A DNA stretch of 63,993 nucleotides, the filler included, from Sanchytrium tribonematis (lineage: Eukaryota), in NCBI GenBank assembly GCA_018985235.1. It is 9 parts of 9 records of this genome, joined end to end, with 100 filler letters (N's around TTAATTAATTAA, not from the genome) between each part and the next. Parts side by side here need not be neighbours in the genome. Positions count along the whole stretch, not along the records: positions 55,179 to 59,974 come from JADGIG010000678.1; positions 60,075 to 63,993 come from JADGIG010000779.1; 7 more parts are not named here. One strand, given 5' to 3'. The notes below the pieces were generated by a model. That model searched no databases and was not told where the DNA came from. It saw nothing but the letters and a program-made list of their open reading frames with translations. Each line of letters begins with the position of its first letter. The first letter of the stretch is position 1. The position numbers and the translations under genes were made by a program. Of this stretch, positions 58,090-63,993 are shown piece after piece.

Positions 58090-58560
58090 CAAGTAGGTTT
58101 TATTGATCAAATCGCCTCGTAATTAAATGACTCTTTCTATTCTGCCTTTAAATGAAGCTGCCAATCGAACCAAAGTTGCTTCACTACAATCCATCTATTT
58201 TTTCATGAATAAATCTTCCGACTCATTTACCCTACTAGGAATATCCAATTCAGTTGGGTTGTTGTGAATCAACGCCCACACATCTTCAATGGAATTAAGA
58301 TCAGGGCTACAATCCTATTAGATGCAAACCAGACAGACGTTGTTTGAGCTCGATGAGAAGGTGCATTATCTTGCATAAAAATGGGGTCGAAACTCTTTCT
58401 CGCTTCGACAATTTCAGGTTTAAAGATACTTTGAAGCATTTACTGATATCCTAATGCATTTATGCGGCCATCAACAGTAACTAAAGGGCTTTTACCGTGG
58501 TATGAGAAACATCTTCAGAACATGGTCCCATCTTTCAACTTCTAGGATCTCGGAATATCC
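58090..58560 (-). pseudogene. Degenerate Tc1/mariner (IS630-Tc1) transposase remnant
   Basis: Interrupted frames give MF*RCFSYHGKSPLVTVDGRINALGYQ*ML, FMQDNAPSHRAQTT, SPDLNSIEDVW and LAASFKGRIERVI*LRG; boundaries approximate. Confidence 0.8.
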
Positions 58561-58724
58561 TTGTCATCTCTTTTTTTCATACCGTAATACACCTTTTGGA
58601 TATCTAATTTCTCTAATCAAACCATTTTTTGCATCACTAAAACTCAAATAATCAGAATCAGCAGCGATTTTGGCATGCTGTTCAGTAGCAAATGCGACTT
58701 TAAAGAATTTATTTTGATTAGATA

Positions 58725-59048
58725 TTAAGCCAGATTTAGAATATCCATGTTTATATCCATACTGATAAGAGTTGGAAGTGAGGACTCGTGGTGACTTGAT
58801 TTGTAGAGATTCTCCACAATCGTTACCAGATGAGTCATGAGGCCACGTGGACGATGGTCATTAATGGAGGCAGAGTCTAACGTTCTAGTAATTGGGCAAA
58901 TTATAGTTTGAATAAAGAATTTGGGTAGAATGAGGTTTTTCTGAATACATTGGAATAAATTTAAAATCATTTGGATACACATAGGATCTGCATAGTTTAG
59001 CATCTCAACTGCCGTTCTGTCAATCCAAGAGAACTTATTTAGTGCCAT
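58725..59048 (-). pseudogene. Non-LTR retrotransposon reverse transcriptase fragment
   Basis: EML...I.NLF..I.....LP..F....ICPI....S.NDHRP..L.THL..IVE resembles the LINE RT domain 0-2 region; no YxDD present. Confidence 0.6.
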
Positions 59049-59352
59049 GCATGCAATAAAATCATGTTATTCATTTAAATCAAATAATTGGAGATCTGGG
59101 TAAATTTGGGTAGATGGATAGATGGAATGCTTATCTTTTCTATATTTGATAGATCTACATCATTATTTATCCATCTAGCTGATAGTTGCTGACAGAGATC
59201 ATCTACTTGAGTCAAATCTAAAGAGGAGTCAAAACTAAATTTCTTTTCTTTGCAAAGGAAATAATCCTTACCATGTCTGAGTTGGGTAAATTAAATCTTG
59301 ATCGAGATAGATTTTTATTCTCTCCTGGAGTGGTCATACTGTTTTTAATGGA

Positions 59353-59974
59353 ATGACACACGGAGTTTTGCATGGCAAAGAAGCTAGAGCGCAAACCCAA
59401 TCTGTGGGTCCAAATACGAAAAATAGTATCCCAAACGACCGCAATAATCAATTAAAGAATGAGGTCAATGCTAGATTGAAAGATTTTCGAATGCAGACTG
59501 AAAAGAAGCCTAAAAATGAAAAAATGAATGAATTTTGCCGATATTTTATTGGAGGCGTAGATCCATATGATGTGAAGGGAAATCTAATTACCGACATGTC
59601 ATCCATTAAGAATATCTTATTTAAATTAATCAATAACGAGATATCCCTCTCTAACAAAAAGAACTCTGAAACCAAAGATTTCACTCCTCTTATGAATATT
59701 CGAGAAAATCAGATCAAAAATGTTGAGTTTGTTGCCGATCATCGCTTTGTAGAGGTTATTGTGCCAGTTTATTTCCAAATTCATTTAAAACAAGCATTTG
59801 TAGCACTTAAAGTAGATTATTCTGAAGAATTTGGCTCTAGTATTTGCTATAGCGAAAAACATTGGCATCTAGCCAATTCACAGGATAAACAATTAAAAGA
59901 GAATGAATTGAAAAGATTAGATGATAGAATGACTACAATGGGATACTTGCATAAAGTGAGTACTGGTTACCATT
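59353..59974 (+). CDS. Hypothetical ORF in a TE-rich region, 3' truncated
   Basis: Open frame of more than 200 aa running to the contig edge; could be a retroelement ORF1-like protein. Confidence 0.35.
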
Positions 59975-60074
59975 NNNNNNNNNNNNNNNNNNNNNNNNNN
60001 NNNNNNNNNNNNNNNNNNTTAATTAATTAANNNNNNNNNNNNNNNNNNNNNNNNNNNNNNNNNNNNNNNNNNNN

Positions 60075-60922
60075 TTCTGTCTTTCTAAATTACTTAAATT
60101 TGAAGTCATTTTCATCAAATCTTCAGAAGATGCTTTTTTCTTCTTCATAGACTGTATTTTCTGCTTTAATTTGGCTATTTGTTTCTTCCATCCATCTGGT
60201 TTGGAGATATCTTTGGTGATGTACACTTTTGGGGCAGTTTCTTCATCTAAATAGCCATTTGCATATCTTTTGGCAAAATCTAAAGTTGAGGGTATGAGTT
60301 CATCTACCTGAGATGTTTTGTGATTGCGTGATGATGTATTAGTGGTCATGGTTGGTGTTTGACTGGGAGATCTCCTCTCAAAATTTGATTTTGGTTCCTC
60401 TTTTGGAATTTTGGGGGCATTTAATTGCTTTTTCTTAAAGAAATCATCTAGTATATTCGTATTTTCATCATCGAACATGGAATCTTTGTTATTAACTCTT
60501 TTAAAATTGGATCCTTTGTAACTTTCATCAGATACATTCGATATTCTTTTTTGCGTCCTTGGAATTGTACGCTTTTGTAATATATCTGGTTGTGTTTGTT
60601 GTGGTTCTGTGATGTCGGAGAGACCTGGTGATGGCGATTGATTGAGTCTGTCGCTTATTTGGTTGATAAATCCAAACATTTCCCTGGAAACACCCTGACA
60701 GACTTTTGAAGAGATTGATTGATGAAGTATGTGCTCTGATTGGTGTGGGTAATTTACTTTGATTGGCTCACTTGTAATCTTTTTAATTAGCCCCAAGATT
60801 GCAGCATTCACACTCTGTTTGTTTAACAAGATGCACGCAAATACCAAAAAATACCAAGCATGTTTCAAATTATAATTTATTTGCTGAAACCATAATTCGG
60901 AAATAATTGTACTTTGATACAT
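60075..60922 (-). CDS. Hypothetical protein with TM-like segment and low-complexity tail, 3' truncated; may be exon 2 of the homeobox gene
   Basis: Open frame overlapping the end of the homeodomain ORF by 46 nt. Confidence 0.5.
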
Positions 60923-61734
60923 AATTCTAATGTTTTCAAGTCTTTATAGTAATGTGCAGTCAATTCCATCATTTTGGCACCCATCAATACATTCTTGAGT
61001 TGATTTTGAATTGCCATTTTCACTTTTCCCTTTAATGTCCCTATTTCTTTGAATTTCTTGCCAAAATAGGATTGATATATATGATTTCCATGCATTTTGA
61101 AGTCAACACTTTTGCTAATGGGTGGATTTAATTGCATTTCTTTAATATCTGGGAATATTGCGAAAACTTCAGAAAATGGACTATTCAGCTGCAAATGAAA
61201 TTCACGCAATAATATCTCACTGGATTCTTGTAATGCATCTGATAATGATTGGTAGATCTGCAAAATCAATTTATTCTGAGAATAATGAATTTGATCACTA
61301 ATTAATGTTTCATTGCCAGTCAATTTAGCCAAATTAGTCTGTAATTCAAATAATCTATTTCTCATTGCAATAAACATACCCCAATCTAGTTGATAACAAT
61401 CTGATAAATCATATTGCTGTTTGTTAAATGTCATTTTAGTAGAAAACAACATTTTTGAGATATCTAATTCTCTAACTTTACGGGCTTCTTCCTTATTTTG
61501 CAATCTTTTTTCTTTTGATTTGCGATTATTAAACCAGTTCTTAATCTTGGCCGCTTTGATATCGTATTTTGATCCAATATGCTCCATTTCTTCGTGTGTG
61601 GGATAATGTGTCTGTTGAAATAAGGACTCTAACTCCTTTAATGCAACCTGTGGGAGTCGGTGACTTGATTTTGATTCTGTAGAGCTGGGTGACGTGGGAT
61701 TGGACGGATTTAAAATATCGGGTTGGAACTGCAT
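60877..61734 (-). CDS. Homeodomain protein
   Basis: LKELESLFQQTHYP...IKNWFNNRKSKEKR. Confidence 0.8.
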   Translation of the reverse strand: MQFQPDILNPSNPTSPSSTESKSSHRLPQVALKELESLFQQTHYPTHEEMEHIGSKYDIKAAKIKNWFNNRKSKEKRLQNKEEARKVRELDISKMLFSTKMTFNKQQYDLSDCYQLDWGMFIAMRNRLFELQTNLAKLTGNETLISDQIHYSQNKLILQIYQSLSDALQESSEILLREFHLQLNSPFSEVFAIFPDIKEMQLNPPISKSVDFKMHGNHIYQSYFGKKFKEIGTLKGKVKMAIQNQLKNVLMGAKMMELTAHYYKDLKTLELCIKVQLFPNYGFSK

Positions 61735-61810
61735 GGAGAAGAATGTTTTGGATGTGATTTTATGATTTCAAAACGGACGACACGTGGAAAATTCAGATTT
61801 TACGGATTTA

Positions 61811-62770
61811 TTAAGTACTCTCACATTCTATACACTCAAAATCATTTGATTTTTTGAATTCATTTCTTGTTTCTACATTTTCAAATAAAATGACGCAATT
61901 TGCACCCGCATCAAAAGTATAGCCACATTTGACTGTATTTTCATTAAATTGATGTACTAGATCAATTAATTTATAGCTGTAATCATTCAAATAGTGGATA
62001 GGTGGCCAAGAATCCAAGCAACACGCATGAAAATTCATGGCATCTTGCATCATGAGGGTGAAAATGGATTTATAATCCATATTTTGAATAAATAATTGCA
62101 TTTGATTGATTTTAAATGGAATACTGGTCAATCTGGACTGAAATAACTGGGATGTTTTGACAGTTTGCTGCATTCCATTTGTCGATGAAATTGCTTTTTG
62201 ATTTTTATTCAAAATATAAATCAAGGCATAAAAATGCATTTTAGAGGGTATCTGGATGGCATGACATTCAGAATGTGGTAATAAATGAGATATTGAAGAG
62301 TCAATTGGGGTTGAAAATTGCCATTTTGCAAATCCATCATAAATGGATCTACACGCACTGCCACTTACCAGACGAGCTAATACACTCAATTCTAATTGAT
62401 TTAAATGTAATTGGTATACTTCATTCAGTCCTTTGGCGAGAGCAGCCCCACCAGAAGCAGAACTGGCTAATCCACTGGAAGTTGGAAATTCATTATTTGT
62501 TGTTATTTTGACGGGAAACCATTCTTTTTGTAAAAACGTACATATTTCTTTAAATTTAGATAAACATGCATCTATTCTAGGATGATCTGATAGTGATTGT
62601 TGGATTCCATTTAGAAGAAACAAGTTCTCATTAGATTTCTCAATTTTAGTATTTGTATAAACAGATAAAGATATACTGATGCTCTCATTACATGGGATAA
62701 TATGAATAGTATCTGATTTACCCCAATACTTGATTAATGCCATATTCATTGGCGCATCAACAGAAATCAT
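61811..62770 (-). CDS. MVD1: Diphosphomevalonate decarboxylase
   Basis: NMALIKYWGK, NEFPTSSGLASSASG, SGSACRS, SSTNGMQQTV.TS, YTFDAG.N. Confidence 0.93.
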   Translation of the reverse strand: MISVDAPMNMALIKYWGKSDTIHIIPCNESISISLSVYTNTKIEKSNENLFLLNGIQQSLSDHPRIDACLSKFKEICTFLQKEWFPVKITTNNEFPTSSGLASSASGGAALAKGLNEVYQLHLNQLELSVLARLVSGSACRSIYDGFAKWQFSTPIDSSISHLLPHSECHAIQIPSKMHFYALIYILNKNQKAISSTNGMQQTVKTSQLFQSRLTSIPFKINQMQLFIQNMDYKSIFTLMMQDAMNFHACCLDSWPPIHYLNDYSYKLIDLVHQFNENTVKCGYTFDAGANCVILFENVETRNEFKKSNDFECIECEST

Positions 62771-62830
62771 TTCTCCAAGTTTGGAGGGAAAGTTTGCAAA
62801 AAGTTTGCAGGTAGCTGCATATCCAAATTA

Positions 62831-63448
62831 TTATTTATTTTTCTCATTTAATTCTTTCAGTAAACTATACGCATTGCTTATCTCTTGAAACTTATCTTTT
62901 GCGCCAGAATCGTTATTTTTATCTGGATGAAATCGTAATGCCAATTTGTGATAGGCTTTTTTGATTGCGCTATCACTAGCACCTCGACTCAATCCCAATA
63001 TTTTGTAGGCCTGTGCTGAATTAAAAAATGATGGACCTTTCTTAGTATTAAATGATGGACCACTATCAGTATTAGTATTAGTGTTTGTGTTAGATTGAGC
63101 ATTCGACTTGGTGTTAGAATCTGGTGGAGATGACCCTGTATACCTTGATCTGCCTCTAAAATCACTCCCACTTTGAGGATTAGGACCACTAAAAGCACCT
63201 CCGTTTCTCATATAACCAACAATCTGGATTAAGTATAACCCGAGAAACCCAATAGAGGCAATGGTGTCTAAGAAAGTAGCTAATCTATAAATTTTGGATT
63301 CTTTGGAAGTGGAATCTGTTGATTTGGTTGCATTTGGAGATATATTTGGTGATTCTGGCGTAGTACTAGTGGCATTTTTGCTGGCATCTGCACCTGATTC
63401 AAAGTAATCTGGCATCACGAATGCCAACACGACATTGATCAAAAGCAT
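62831..63448 (-). CDS. Signal peptide, TM and C-terminal J-domain protein
   Basis: MLLINVVLA start, Ser/Thr-rich linker, TM helix, AYKILGL...IKKAYHKLALRFHPDKN...FQEISNAY. Confidence 0.8.
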   Translation of the reverse strand: MLLINVVLAFVMPDYFESGADASKNATSTTPESPNISPNATKSTDSTSKESKIYRLATFLDTIASIGFLGLYLIQIVGYMRNGGAFSGPNPQSGSDFRGRSRYTGSSPPDSNTKSNAQSNTNTNTNTDSGPSFNTKKGPSFFNSAQAYKILGLSRGASDSAIKKAYHKLALRFHPDKNNDSGAKDKFQEISNAYSLLKELNEKNK

Positions 63449-63639
63449 CGAAAGGAGAACTCCGTGAAATTTTGCAATACACAAACAATTTTTTTAAATT
63501 GTTGTAACATAATAAGTCCATCAATGAAATTTCAAATACGTAAGGGGCTTCTAGGAAGGGTTGACTATACTCTCTTGTAATCACAATTAAAACAACACAG
63601 AATTGCGGACATCAATGGAATTTTGCGAATAAATCAGAT

Positions 63640-63993
63640 TTAACAACTCAATTTATTTCTCAAAGATACTTGACAATCATATTCTGCCACGCCCACTCCA
63701 AATTGCAGTTTCTGTCCTTGAAGAAGCAATAATTTATCTTCTAGATATTCGATATCCAAATCCAATTGTTTTAATGATTTTCTGGATAAGTAGTGCTTCT
63801 GATTCAATTCTGGTAATGCTGTTTTTAATTTATTTACAATTTCCTTGTCATTTTTCAGATTATTTTTCATTCTCAAGATTTCATTCTCTAAATTTTGAAT
63901 ATCTTCATTATTTTCATTAAAATGGTCTTGATACTCTTTTAATTCACTTCTTATTTGTTGTAATATCGCGTATTTGACTTGTCCAGTGCTAGA
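63640..63993 (-). CDS. Coiled-coil protein, 3' fragment running off window
   Basis: Open heptad-rich frame from the window end to a stop at 63640. Confidence 0.45.
   Translation of the reverse strand, partial: SSTGQVKYAILQQIRSELKEYQDHFNENNEDIQNLENEILRMKNNLKNDKEIVNKLKTALPELNQKHYLSRKSLKQLDLDIEYLEDKLLLLQGQKLQFGVGVAEYDCQVSLRNKLSC

Noticed and set aside
63062..63120. Short tandem AGTATT/GTGTT repeats
   Set aside because: They encode the Asn/Thr low-complexity linker of the J-domain protein and are not a CRISPR or telomeric array.

Overview
AT-rich eukaryotic nuclear DNA made of nine unlinked contigs joined by artificial 100-nt spacers (N44-TTAATTAATTAA-N44). Seven contigs are about 4.8 kb, one is 25.5 kb (29537-55078), and the last runs off the window. 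The gene content (ATP2, LIP5, VPS26, MVD1, UGO1-like, VCX1, NoxR-like, histone H4 and a radial-spoke RSPH1-like MORN protein) points to a very compact genome of a flagellated, early-diverging fungus or close relative; the taxon is inferred, not established. Main points: (1) seven well-supported spliceosomal introns of only 19-20 nt plus one tentative one, all with an A at position -6; (2) a 720-aa protein resembling the N-terminal half of animal MAP1/Futsch that retains a caspase-type His-Cys dyad and a full metallo-beta-lactamase metal site, next to a Mutator-like transposase; (3) two Argonaute paralogues flanking lipoyl synthase; (4) a 1.2-kb orphan insertion bounded by a ~190-bp reciprocally decayed duplication between SF3B5 and RBMX2; (5) candidate secreted effectors with very short signal peptides (FCP1-like phosphatase, kinase, Tle1-like lipase, vWA protein); (6) a histone H4 carrying H75Y/T73A; (7) Tc1 and LINE remnants. 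All family assignments come from motifs read by eye; no searches were run.
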